Positions 51,703 to 62,224 are shown, numbered from the stretch's first letter. The stretch: 64,000 nt of DNA from an uncultured Acidobacteriota bacterium (GCA_963777605.1 CAVZRV010000011.1:192001-256000); one strand, 5' to 3'. The notes: a model not told the origin generated them from the sequence alone. Made by a program: numbers and translations.

Positions 51703-53272
51703 TCACACGGAGCCGGTTCTGCCAAGAACCACTCGCCCGGCAACCTCGAATCGCTCGGATTTCCCATCCTTTGTGAAGACGACCGATCCTTTTCCGCCAC
51801 CTGGATCCAGCCCAGTACTCGCCCCCTTTAAAGCCAAATTGCCACAGATGGCCAAAATGCCAGAAGCGGCTGACCATTCCGGTGATCCGGGCGGGAAACC
51901 GGGGCGTCCATTGGAGAACTCCATCCGCGGTATCGTCAATCCCGAAAATACCTCTCGCGGTCGCCAGGATCAGCCCTCCCGCGTGCTCCAGATAGTCACC
52001 CTGTCCCCCCGTGCCCTGTCGAGGAACTCCGTCCATATCCAGGCACTCCGGACAGGTCTTCTCGGCGACAACGACTTCACAGTAACGCTCGAGCAGGCGA
52101 AACCCGTGGTCGAGTTGTCCGACCGCGCAGCGGGCAAGAATGTCCCCCGCTCCCAGCCTGCCAAACCAGGAGTAAGGTCGCAGCTGCTCGCCTTCGAAAC
52201 TTGAAACCCAGGATGCAAACTCGCGACTCTGCTCTTCCAGAATTTCCTGGGCAACCGGGGCGCACCAGCGTGTCGGCACGCCCTCAAAGACGCGAGGTTC
52301 GGCATCGATACGGGAAAAGATTGCGGCGGATTGACTGGAGGAGGAGAACCCGTAGGCGATGGGCCACAACTGGGAATCGAGCCAGAAGTTGTTCACTTTC
52401 CGATCCCCCCGAAAGCGAATATTGTCGTAGTAGGAGGCACCGCTCCAGAAGTACTCGTCCAGAACCCGCCTTTGTCGGGCGAAGCGGCGGCCCATCATTT
52501 CTGCCCTGCCGTCATCTCCCAGGACTCGATAAATCTGCGCGCAATGCTGCAATGCCCTTGCGTACCAGGTGTGGTAGACCGCCGTTGACCCCTCCATCCG
52601 CTCCGGACACCAGTCCACCCAGTCCGCCCCTTCCGAAACCTGCCAGTCGTTGGTGTCGACCTGGTTGACGATCCCCTTCTCGTCGGTTCTCGACTCAATG
52701 TACTCAAGACAGCGGGTCAGGGGTTCCCGATGCTCTTCCAGCACCGCGCGATCGCCCGTAGCAAGATAGATTTCCCAAATCCAGATGAGATACATCACCT
52801 GCGTGAACACCCGGTCGGCGCCCGCCAGGAGATCTTCGTTGATAAAGAATCGTCCATTGCGACGCATGTTGCGCGGAAGGCGGTCGAGATGACCTCGGAA
52901 GCAGTCCAGGAACCGACGATCCGGATGGTAACGGCTTCCCAACATCCCAAACGTCAGGTCGGGCGCCATGCAGATAGCGACCGGAAACCCTACCGGGGAA
53001 ACCGTCATCCGATACCCGGTTGGGTTGAAGAAGGACATCATGTCTTTGCGGTAGTTCCGGGGGTAAATTCGTCCGGCGATCTGGAGCGCTGTGTCCACCG
53101 ACGGACAGCCGTCGATAACCATAATCGGGCCTTCGGAGGCGGAAACGCCCTCACCGGCACCCTCGGTCATGGAAGTCCGGGGCGCGACAACAGGGACGGT
53201 CGCCAGTCCGGCGAGCGAAGCCAAGGCGGATCGCCGACTCAACCGGCCAGGTAAGGGTGTCTTCTTTCGCAT
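51703..53272 (-). CDS. Tat-exported six-hairpin (alpha/alpha) glycosidase-like protein; +1 frameshift near 51812
   Basis: LSRRSALASLAG leader; YLATGD..VL, DWVDW, helical repeats, CPECLD. Removing one base gives the C-terminus YWLDPGGGKGSVVFTKDG...GSV* (51703 ORF frame). Confidence 0.7.
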
Positions 53273-53516
53273 CTTCGAACAGTATGCCGGAGTGGACGTA
53301 CAATCGCCACACAGCACGCCTGTAAGAGCGTTCAATTGTCACGCGACTCCTGAATATCCCGGCCGGACAGTCCTGTCGTCCTGGAGGTCCAGGTTGAACT
53401 CACCCATCAAAATCAACCTGTCCCTTGCTCCCGTGTGACAACTAAGGCAAAGTAGAGCGGAGATCCCGCTTCTTTTCTGGTAGCGGGACTCACGCTATTG
53501 AGAGGGGGATGGGAAG

Positions 53517-55055
53517 ATGCGGAAGCTGGATGATTTGATCGGAAGTGACGGAAACAGGGAGAAGTCAGGGGAGAGCCCGGAGAATCGAAAAAACCGGGCG
53601 CAGATATCACGTCGAGCGTTCGTGGGCGGAGCGCTGGCGGCGGGTGTGGCAGCTACAAAAGCACCCGCAATACTCCGCGGTCAGAACCTGAACAACAAGC
53701 TGGACATCGCCTTCATCGGCGCCGGGGGGCGAGCCAATGCCAGCCTCAACGAACTCACTGTCACGGATGACCAACCGCCGAGAAACAATAGGCGCCGGTC
53801 GTCGACCGCTCCCGGGGTACCTCACCCGGACGAGAACGTGGTCGTCCTTTGCGACATCGACCAGAACTACCTGAACCTGGCTTCCCAGCGATACCCAAAG
53901 GCCAAGACGTTCAAGGATCTCCGTAAAGTCTTCGACAACCCGAACGCCTTTGATGCCGTCGTAGTCTCCACGGCGGAACAGGCTCACGCGTTTGCCACCT
54001 ACCTGGCATTGACCCTTGGCAAGCATGTCTATTGCGAAAAGCCTCTTGCCTACAACATTTGGGAGACACGGCTGATCCGTGAAACCGCCGCCAAATACCC
54101 GAAATTGTCGACGCAAATGGGCAATCAGGGACACGCATCCGAACGCCGCCGGACGATTCGGGAGATCCTCGACACCGGCGTTATCGGTCCGGTCCGGGAA
54201 GTCCACGTCTGGGCCGACCGTGCCTGGGGACTCCAGGACGCCGCCTCGGCCGATAAGTACGACCATCCCCACGGGTTTTACAACGGGATTCAGATTGTTG
54301 ACCGGTTCAAGGAGAAGATGCCGATCCCCGAGCACTTGAGCTGGGATCTGTGGCTCGGGGCTGCTCCGGACCGGCCGTACCATGCGACATACTTCCCCGG
54401 CCCCCGCTGGTACCGCTGGTGGGATTTCGCCAACGGCACGATGAGCGACCTCGGCAGTCACGATAATGACGTCCCCTACACGGTGCTGGACCTCTGGCGA
54501 CCCGACGGCAAGGGCGGCAAACTGCTGGCTCCATTGACCGTAGAGTCGGTCTCCTACAATGTCCCCGTGGCCCACAAAGAACTCGCTCCAGCGACCTTGC
54601 GGGCGACCTTTGAGTATCCCGCGGTCGGATCACAGCCTGCCCTCAAACTCGTCTGGCACCAGGGCGACAGCAAGCCCCCGGGATGGGTCGAAGAGTGGGG
54701 CGGCCGGTCACAAATCTTTTTTGGCGATGACGGAATGCTGCTCGGCAACGGGAAACTCCTTCCCGAAGAGAAGTTCAAGGACTTCCAGACGCCGGCGGCG
54801 ACACTGCCTCGCTCGCCCGGCCACTGGGTCGAGTGGGTCAACTACGCCAAGGGGGAGGGACCGCACCCCGGGTCGTACTTCCAGTACTCGGGCTGGACCA
54901 CCGAGGCAAATCACCTCGGCAACGTGGCCTACCGGGCCGGGAAGAAGATCGAATGGGACTACGAGAACATGCGTGCCACCAACGCTCCGGAAGCGGATCC
55001 GTTCATCAAGAGGCCCGAATACCGCAAGGGCTGGGATAACATCCTGAAGTTCTGA
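53517..55055 (+). CDS. Tat-exported Gfo/Idh/MocA family oxidoreductase
   Basis: SRRAFVGG, IAFIGAGGR, DAVVVST, KHVYCEKPL, TQMGNQG, WDLWLG.AP, WWDF..G.MSD.G.H. Confidence 0.94.
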   Translation: MRKLDDLIGSDGNREKSGESPENRKNRAQISRRAFVGGALAAGVAATKAPAILRGQNLNNKLDIAFIGAGGRANASLNELTVTDDQPPRNNRRRSSTAPGVPHPDENVVVLCDIDQNYLNLASQRYPKAKTFKDLRKVFDNPNAFDAVVVSTAEQAHAFATYLALTLGKHVYCEKPLAYNIWETRLIRETAAKYPKLSTQMGNQGHASERRRTIREILDTGVIGPVREVHVWADRAWGLQDAASADKYDHPHGFYNGIQIVDRFKEKMPIPEHLSWDLWLGAAPDRPYHATYFPGPRWYRWWDFANGTMSDLGSHDNDVPYTVLDLWRPDGKGGKLLAPLTVESVSYNVPVAHKELAPATLRATFEYPAVGSQPALKLVWHQGDSKPPGWVEEWGGRSQIFFGDDGMLLGNGKLLPEEKFKDFQTPAATLPRSPGHWVEWVNYAKGEGPHPGSYFQYSGWTTEANHLGNVAYRAGKKIEWDYENMRATNAPEADPFIKRPEYRKGWDNILKF

Positions 55056-55062
55056 GGCCTCC

Positions 55063-55130
55063 CGCCGGGACGTTGCTGTTCACGATCGACCATTTGAAGT
55101 CAGATGTGATCAGCGGTCATCGTCCCGGCG
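55063..55130. repeat. Long imperfect inverted repeat after the oxidoreductase gene, followed by a terminator-like hairpin
   Basis: CGCCGGGACG...CTGTTCAC...GAC / GTC...GTGATCAG...CGTCCCGGCG; then GACTGAATC-ACT-GGTTCGGTC followed by TTATT. Confidence 0.55.
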
Positions 55131-55694
55131 AAAGCGGTCCGTTTCGACTGAATCACTGGTTCGGTCTTATTAAACTCCTACACTCCGGGATTCCGCCCGC
55201 TCACTGAATCTGAGGAAGCTTTCGCTTCCTTGCGTGGTGGCGCCGTTCCGGGTTGGGGAAAAAGCTGAACTCTTCGGTTCAGCACGACCATATCGGGCGT
55301 TGTTGTGGACCTGGGTTGGCGGCTCAGCACACGGCCGATTGGCGACGGTGAGCTTCAAGCCGTCGATGCCTTCCCCGTTTGGCGTGCGCGAACCGAAAGG
55401 TTCCGCTTTGAACCCTGGAACGTCGGACGGAAGCGAGCGCTTCCGCCCCGGTACAACTACTCCGGGTCATCCCGGGCTTTCTCGATTAGTAGTGGTAGCG
55501 GAGGACCATCCGGCAGCAACCGGATGGTCAGGTCTCCTGCCTACGTCCATGACCAGGAGGAATTCACCGTCAGGCTCGCCGCCGCGGTGGCATTTGGACG
55601 GGCCCCACACAGCTAATTACCTCGTTGACTGGGTGAGCGATTGTGAGCAACGGTGTGATCAGTAGTGAACTGACGTGCGAATCACTCCGAGGGT

Positions 55695-56131
55695 AGTATC
55701 AGGTGTGGGCCAGTCGGCGAACGCACCCTCAATGGGCGATACGCTATGGATCAGATCGACGACGCGGAGTAGCGAAAGCCGAAATCCTGGCCAACGCCGA
55801 GACTGGCGAGGTGATGGTCCACACTTGGGACCAGAACCTCAAGAACAGTCAGCCTATCGAAAACAAGCCTTTGATGCTGGGGAGTGGCGACCATACGGTT
55901 GAGCTTCAACCTCACCCGACAGCCAGTGACCCAAGCGGTTTCTGCAGCCGGTTCTACGGGCAAGCGGATTGGTTGAGAGGGGGCCAAATGGGCCAGGGCT
56001 GGCTCGGCGGCGGCGCGGGCCAAAGCCGACAAGAGTTCTCTTGGAACAACTGTTGGAACGCCGGCGCAGCCGACGGTTCAATGTGGAATGAAATGGGTGA
56101 GCATCGCCGGGGGATGATGGAACGCAAATAA
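55695..56131 (+). pseudogene. 5'-truncated, frameshifted remnant of a hypothetical (lipo)protein
   Basis: CGPVGERTLNGRYAMDQIDD in one frame continues as GVAKAEILANAETGEVMVHTWD...GMMERK in another; no start codon or signal peptide. Confidence 0.45.
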
Positions 56132-56189
56132 CCTGACGCAGGAGGGAAGGGCCTGGGAGTGGGTGAGTCGGTCTTTCAGCCGGAATTGA

Positions 56190-56440
56190 AGCGGAGAGCA
56201 GGTGCAACAAGATCGGCAGCGGTTGAAGAGCCGCGGCTCTTCAACCGCGATCAACGGGGACATCGTCCCCGCAGACGGAATCGGCGGAGGCTCGTACCTG
56301 TTGAGCCTGGCGGGGACCAACCAGTGGTTTCACCTCGTAGATCTTCTTCAGGAGTCGGGCCCAGTTGCGGCGACACTGCCGAGCAAAACGTTCGGCGAGC
56401 GAGTCCGTATGCACGGAACTGTCGACGTCAGTCTGCTGGG
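56190..56440 (-). mobile_element. Degenerate C-terminal fragment of an IS91-like (Y2) transposase
   Basis: RQCRRNWARLLKKIYEVKPLVGP, then GTM...IAVEEP and ILLHL in shifted frames, matching the WA.L...IYE.DPL.CP.C...M..IA.IE...IL.HL tail of these transposases. Confidence 0.6.
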
Positions 56441-56699
56441 CGGCGGAAGACTTTGTTGACGTCGTTTGCCGCGCGAGGCGTTGGAATAGCGGCCGTAGTA
56501 GCGGACCACCTGTGGGCTCGGCCGGGTCGACTACGAGGCCAACGGGCGTGCAGTTGCGGCGCGCAACCTGATCCGCAGGATCTCGCTCGGCCGCCACAGG
56601 AGCATGCGCGGGCCCCAGGTTCCGGTGCCCCGGCACACGATCGCCGTCATGAACATGGCGACCCCCGATGGTGTGTCCGCCGCCTCGCCGGCCGGCCGC

Positions 56700-59288
56700 T
56701 CATCCGGGGAGCTCGGCTTGGGCCGGCGCCGTGTCGGACCGCCTGCGCAGCACCTTGAGCAGCTCGAACCACAGGATGCACACCAGGCCAGCCAGCAGGC
56801 TCAGTCCGAGCAGGTTCGCGCTCGGGGTCGCGAAGTGGAAGAGCGATTGCAGCCAGGGGACGTAGAGGACAAGTCCGAGGAGGACCAAGGTACCGCCGAC
56901 CACCCACCAGGCAGCGGCATTGGGTACGCGAAGCATCGCCAGGATGGTGCGATCCCACGAACGGTTTGCGAGGATGAGCATGAGGTTGGCGACGACCAGG
57001 GTCGCGAACGCAGCGGCACGGGCGGCATCGTCGCTCTCGCCAAACCTCCTCGCCGCGACGTAGACGAACAGGCAGGCAGCGAGGGTGCTGGCGCCCTGGA
57101 GGATGCTCAGACCCACGGACTTGCGAGAGAAGAGCCGTTCCCTCGGGTTGCGCGGCGGCCGTCTCATAATGTTGGGTTCGGCCGCTTCGGCCTCGAAGAT
57201 GAGAGAGCATGACGGGTCGATCACGAGCTCGAGGAAGACGATGTGCACCGGGAGCAGGAGCAGGGGCCAGTCGGCGAAGAACACCGGCACGATCGAAAGG
57301 CCGGCGATCGGCACGTGCACGGCGAAGACGTAGGCAATCGCCTTCTTGATGTTGTCGAAGATCCGGCGCCCGAGCCGCACCGCCGCCACGATCGCCGAGA
57401 AGCTGTCGTCGAGCAGCACCAGCGACGCCGCCTCGCGGGCCACGTCTGTCCCGCGTCCTCCCATGGCGATGCCGATGTGCGCCGCCTTGAGAGCCGGGGC
57501 GTCGTTGACGCCGTCGCCCGTCATGGCCACGACCTCGCCGCAGGCCTTGAAGGCGTTGACGATCCGCTGCTTCTGCTCGGGTACGACGCGGGCGAAGATG
57601 TTGACGTGGGGAGCGCGTGACTGGAGCTCGTCGTCGTTCATCGCGTCGATCTCGGTACCGGTGATGACCGAGCCCGGGTCCGCGATTCCAGCCTGCCGGG
57701 CAATGCTCTGGGCGGTCGTCGGGTAGTCGCCCGTGATCATGACGACCCGGATCCCTGCCCCCAGGCACTCTGCGACCGCCCCGGGCACCGCCGGGCGGAC
57801 CGGGTCCTCGAGCGCGATGAGGCCCACGAAGTCGAGGGAGAGGTCGTGCTGGTCCTCCGGGAGGTCGCGGCCGTCGATCCGTCCTGTTGCGACCCCGAGC
57901 ACACGCAGCCCCTGGGAGGCGAGCACAGCGACCCGGGCCGAGAGCTCGGACCGGCGATCCGGCGGCAGATGGCAGAGATCAGCGATCGCTTCGGGCGCGC
58001 CCTTGGAGGCCACCGTCAGGACGTCGCCGTCCCGACTCTGCCAGGCGTGCGAAAGAGCCAGGAGCTTCGGCGTCAACGGGTACTCGCGCACCAACTGCCG
58101 GGCATCGCCGTCCGATCGGCCCGGGAGCCTGTGCCTCTCCGACGCTTCGTGAATCGCGCGTTCCATGGGGTCGAACGGGTCTCGCTTGCTCGCGTACATG
58201 GCACAGTCGAGCAGTTCCCGGTGGCGCCCGTCGACCGACCCGACCTCCGCCCGCGGGTCGATGCTGACACCGTCGATCTCCAGGGCCGCCAGCGTCATCT
58301 GGTTGAGCGTGAGAGTGCCGGTCTTGTCAACGCACAGCACGGTTGCGGCGCCGAGGGTCTCGACCGCCGGCATCCTGCGCGTGAGCACCTTGCTGCGCGA
58401 AATTCGCCAGGCGCCGAGCGCGAGGAACACTGTGAGGATGACCGGGAACTCCTCCGGAAGGGTGGCCATCGCCATCGCGATCCCGGCGAGCAGCCCCTGT
58501 TTCCACGCGAGCGCGGTCCCGCCTCGGGTGAGCGCGTAGGTGACCACCACCACCGCGCAGGCCGAGAGGCCGACTAGGGCAAGCACCCTGACCAGCCTGC
58601 CGGTCTCCTTCTGGAGAAGGGTCGGCTCAGGCTCCAGCGACAGAAGCGCTTTACCGATCTTTCCCAGTTCGGTGCGGCTGCCCGTCGCGGCGACCTCGGC
58701 GATCCCCTGGCCCGCCGTCACGAGCGTACCGGAGAAGAGCGACGGCAGGTCGTCGCCGCCAGGCCTGTCGAGGGTCGCGGCATCCGGCTCGGGTTTCTTC
58801 CTGACCGGAACGGACTCGCCGGTCAACAGCGACTCGTCGGCCGAAAGGTTGATCGCCTGCCGCAGCAACGCGTCCGCCGGGACGCGGTCGCCCTCCGCGA
58901 GCACGAGCAGGTCGCCGCGTGCGACGTCGCGACCGGCGATTCGCCTCTGAACGCCGTCGCGGATCACGAGCGCTCGCGGGCTCGAGAGGTCGCGCAGCGC
59001 TTCCAGGGCGTGCTCGGTTCGCCGCTCCTGGATGATCGTGATGGCCATCACAACCACGACAAACCCGAGCAACATGAGCGCGTCCCGCGGTTCGCCCATG
59101 ATCAGGTAGAGCGCACCGGCCGCAACGAGCATGAGGAACATCGGCTCCTTCACAACGTCGAATGCGATCTTCAGCAGCGTGCGCTTCTGCTTGGTGGGCA
59201 GCTCGTTGGCGCCCTCCTCGGCAAGCCTGCGCGCCGCCTCGTCTTCGGTGAGGCCACCGATCGTAGTCAAGTCGAAACCGACGGCCAT
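56700..59288 (-). CDS. Cation-translocating P-type ATPase (P2-like, PEEFP TM4 motif)
   Basis: GL...EA..RL...G.NEL, DES.LTGES, LPEEFP, DKTGTLT, KGAPE, MITGD, TGDGVNDAPAL; GGAG RBS before ATG 59288. Confidence 0.95.
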   Translation of the reverse strand: MAVGFDLTTIGGLTEDEAARRLAEEGANELPTKQKRTLLKIAFDVVKEPMFLMLVAAGALYLIMGEPRDALMLLGFVVVVMAITIIQERRTEHALEALRDLSSPRALVIRDGVQRRIAGRDVARGDLLVLAEGDRVPADALLRQAINLSADESLLTGESVPVRKKPEPDAATLDRPGGDDLPSLFSGTLVTAGQGIAEVAATGSRTELGKIGKALLSLEPEPTLLQKETGRLVRVLALVGLSACAVVVVTYALTRGGTALAWKQGLLAGIAMAMATLPEEFPVILTVFLALGAWRISRSKVLTRRMPAVETLGAATVLCVDKTGTLTLNQMTLAALEIDGVSIDPRAEVGSVDGRHRELLDCAMYASKRDPFDPMERAIHEASERHRLPGRSDGDARQLVREYPLTPKLLALSHAWQSRDGDVLTVASKGAPEAIADLCHLPPDRRSELSARVAVLASQGLRVLGVATGRIDGRDLPEDQHDLSLDFVGLIALEDPVRPAVPGAVAECLGAGIRVVMITGDYPTTAQSIARQAGIADPGSVITGTEIDAMNDDELQSRAPHVNIFARVVPEQKQRIVNAFKACGEVVAMTGDGVNDAPALKAAHIGIAMGGRGTDVAREAASLVLLDDSFSAIVAAVRLGRRIFDNIKKAIAYVFAVHVPIAGLSIVPVFFADWPLLLLPVHIVFLELVIDPSCSLIFEAEAAEPNIMRRPPRNPRERLFSRKSVGLSILQGASTLAACLFVYVAARRFGESDDAARAAAFATLVVANLMLILANRSWDRTILAMLRVPNAAAWWVVGGTLVLLGLVLYVPWLQSLFHFATPSANLLGLSLLAGLVCILWFELLKVLRRRSDTAPAQAELPG

Positions 59289-60121
59289 CAGCGGTTCTCC
59301 GCTTGGGTTCTCGTCGTCAGCCCTCCGGTCGGCATCGTGGTGGTCTCCGTCTGGTCGCTCGGTCTCGGGTCCGCGGGAGGCTGGCTTCCGCCTTTCTGAG
59401 CGCACACGGCAAGTCCAGGCTATCGATTCAAAATACGCAGCCCGTCCGGCCCCAGCCGTCCAGCCTGAGCCGATCTTAACACAGAGGCTTGTAACAGCAC
59501 GCGTGTCGCAATTTCTGCAACGCCCCGGTCAGAAAAGACGGGTTGTGGGAGAGTCAACCCGAAGAAGGGACACTCCCTTGAAAGACTTCTCACTCCGGCA
59601 GTCACCTGACTCAGCCTGGTCGCACCCCCAAAAAATCGCGCAATTGGCACGACCGCCGATGATGGACCAGGAGTAAACATCAAAACGTTTCGTTCGGTGG
59701 AAGACCAGTCGATGGGAGCCTTGGAGAGACTGGGAATCGTCGGCGCGGCAGTCCCCGCGTCACATCAAGACCATGGAAGCGACGCCGCTATAGGAAGTAC
59801 GCACAACACAACTCCACCACCAGGATCCACCAGGAAGAAAGAGTGAAGAATCTTATCCAGAACCGGGTTTACAAGGCATTTAACCCGCCTTCTCAGGATC
59901 AACTATCTCGCGACGATAAACTTCGCCCTAAAAATGACGATATGGGAATTGAGCCGGCTCAGGAGAAATTCCTGGATGGCGGAACTGTGACTAGTGGCAT
60001 GAGAACAAATACCCGCAAAGCGTTCCTGAATTCGCAACAGCGGATTCGCGAGACCGAACGACTACAACGCTAAAGGACTCATCCCGAAGGGATTTCAGCC
60101 GGAACAGATGGCGAGCACTCA

Positions 60122-61051
60122 ATGCGCATCCTGATCGCGGAAGATGAACTGATCTCGAGGAAGATCCTGGCCGGACTTCTGAACAAGTTTGGTCATGAAA
60201 TCATTACGGCGGCAGATGGAAACCAGGCCTGGCAGTTGATGCAGGGACCGGAAGCACCAAAACTGGCCATCCTGGACTGGAATATGCCCGGACTGGATGG
60301 AGTTGAAATCTGCCGCCGGATTCGGACGACCGCGGACCCTAACCCACCATTCATCATCCTCCTGACTGCGAGAGCGGATGAACAAAGCATCGTTGAGGGG
60401 TTGGATGCGGGCGCCAACGACTACCTCACCAAGCCATACAAGACCGAGGAACTTCGTGCACGAATCTCCGTCGGGGAGCGAATGCTCCAGCTGCAATCGG
60501 ACCTTTTTGAGGCAAAAGAGAGGTTAGCTCACGAAGCCATGCACGACTCTCTGACCGGAGTGTTCAACCGGCGCGCCATTCTCGAAGCGCTGCCGCGAGA
60601 GCTGACGCGGGCGGACCGCCAGTACTCCAACTTGAGCATCGGGTTGTGCGACATCGATCTCTTCAAGAGCATCAACGACCTCTTCGGGCACCAGGTCGGC
60701 GACGAAGTTTTGAAGGGCGTAGTCCAAATTCTCCGCTGCAACCTCCGACAATATGATCTTATCGGTCGGTACGGTGGAGAAGAATTCCTGGTCATAGCTC
60801 CCTCGTCCACAGAAAACCCCGCCTTTGCTCTTTACGAAAGGCTTTGCAAGTCAGTTTCTGACTCAGTCATCGCGGCACGACAGCAAGAGGTTCGCGTGAG
60901 TATCAGCATCGGCGTGGCTGCAACTGGTGGACAGCGAAGGATGGACGATCTGCTCGCAGAGGCCGATGCGGCACTCTACAAAGCCAAAGCGGATGGGCGA
61001 AACCGGGTTCGATACGCGTCCAGAGACCTCGCTGAAAACCTCATCTCCTGA
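60122..61051 (+). CDS. REC-GGDEF diguanylate cyclase response regulator
   Basis: IAEDE, LDWNMPGLDG, YLTKP; D.LTG.FNRR, DID.FK.IND.FGH..GD, RQYD I-site, GGEEF. Confidence 0.95.
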   Translation: MRILIAEDELISRKILAGLLNKFGHEIITAADGNQAWQLMQGPEAPKLAILDWNMPGLDGVEICRRIRTTADPNPPFIILLTARADEQSIVEGLDAGANDYLTKPYKTEELRARISVGERMLQLQSDLFEAKERLAHEAMHDSLTGVFNRRAILEALPRELTRADRQYSNLSIGLCDIDLFKSINDLFGHQVGDEVLKGVVQILRCNLRQYDLIGRYGGEEFLVIAPSSTENPAFALYERLCKSVSDSVIAARQQEVRVSISIGVAATGGQRRMDDLLAEADAALYKAKADGRNRVRYASRDLAENLIS

Positions 61052-61055
61052 CAGT

Positions 61056-61565
61056 TCATTCGTTTCGCGGAACTTCCGTAACCTCTTCCACTCGCAACAG
61101 GACACCGCCTAAACGCTTTTCCGTTGAAATCAGGAATCGGAGGTTTCGGCTATTGCCCTCTGATCGAACGGGACGCTCCCCGGCGGCTTCGGTCACTGTT
61201 TTTCCCGTCCTCATCGTCTTAGTGATCGAGTTTCGGATGACGCAACCGTCACAATGCGCTGTTCTTCCACAACCTCCCGGCAACCGGGCATATGCACAAT
61301 CAATCACTTCTCCCCCAAGTTTCCCTTCAATCTGCTCAGGAGACTTACCGACCAATCGACAGGCAGCCTCGTTACCAGCTTGAATCCGAGTGTCGGAGCC
61401 AACCAGAAATACCGGTTGAGAGAACTCGTTCAGAAGTTCCACGAGCGGCACTGAGGGGTGCTCCAATTGTTCGGCGCAGGGCGAACAGATCCCGTGTGTT
61501 AGGGAAGAGGACTGGGAATCCTGTTTCGTCAGTCTCTCACCACACCATGCGCACGCTGCGTTCAT
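61056..61565 (-). CDS. Cys-rich PAS-domain protein
   Basis: CAWC...HGICSPC, then PVFLV....I...N.AAC.LVG, CAYARLPGGCGRTAHCDGCVIR. Confidence 0.8.
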   Translation of the reverse strand: MNAACAWCGERLTKQDSQSSSLTHGICSPCAEQLEHPSVPLVELLNEFSQPVFLVGSDTRIQAGNEAACRLVGKSPEQIEGKLGGEVIDCAYARLPGGCGRTAHCDGCVIRNSITKTMRTGKTVTEAAGERPVRSEGNSRNLRFLISTEKRLGGVLLRVEEVTEVPRNE

Positions 61566-61654
61566 CGTCCAAGTGGTCCCGTTAAAGCCGTCATCGGAGA
61601 GAGTTCAATCCCATCCTCAATATCGACTGAAACACCCTTCCCATTAGACGGCAT

Positions 61655-62224
61655 TCAGCGTCTCCCGGATCTTCGCCGAAAAGGATTCGATTGTGAACGG
61701 CTTCTGGAGAAACTGCACTGACCCATCCAGAATTCCATGGTGGACAATGCCTTCAGCCGGGTAGCCTGAAATGAACAAGTGTCTGAGTCTGGGATGACTT
61801 GCAAGCAACCGTTCAAGCCACTCCGGACAGTCAACTCCGGCATGACAACATCGGTAATCAACAAATCAACATCGCCGTCATGCTGCTGGGCGAGCTTGAC
61901 CCCCGCCCGTGGCGATGAAGTAGCAAGCACTTCGTACCCAAGGCGATCCAATGCCGTTTGAGCAGTTCTCAGGATAGCGGGTTCAACAGCCCGGTCAAGC
62001 GTTTCGGGTTCCATTCCGACGCTGTCATCAGACACGGACATTATTACGAAATCGCCCTGGAGGTTGTCTCGGATTGGATCGGCATGGACCAGTTCCTCGA
62101 TCGCCGTGTTTCCGAGAATGGTCTGGATCATGTCTTTGAAGTCATGCGCAATACCCCCAGCCAAGCGCCCGATGGAGTCCATTTTTTGGGCACGCAGAAG
62201 CTGCGCCTGCAGTCTTTCCCCCAT
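61655..62224 (-). pseudogene. Internally deleted hybrid histidine kinase/receiver remnant
   Basis: [19 protein letters not shown]-box abuts [13 protein letters not shown], then GYEVL...[11 protein letters not shown]; the SGY and FLQKPF parts are in another frame. Confidence 0.8.

Noticed and set aside
51446-51800. C-terminal 120 aa of the 629-aa ORF
   Set aside because: Low-complexity read-through after a +1 shift; the alternative frame ends plausibly at 51703.
55063-55130. Integron attC site
   Set aside because: No RYYYAAC/GTTRRRY core sites, no integrase and no cassette array.
55170-55690. Short ORFs on both strands and loose GTGA repeats at 55630-55680
   Set aside because: No recognisable protein motif, and the repeats are too irregular to call.
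59843-60073. 76-aa ORF upstream of the diguanylate cyclase
   Set aside because: No motif and weak start context; it may be promoter DNA.
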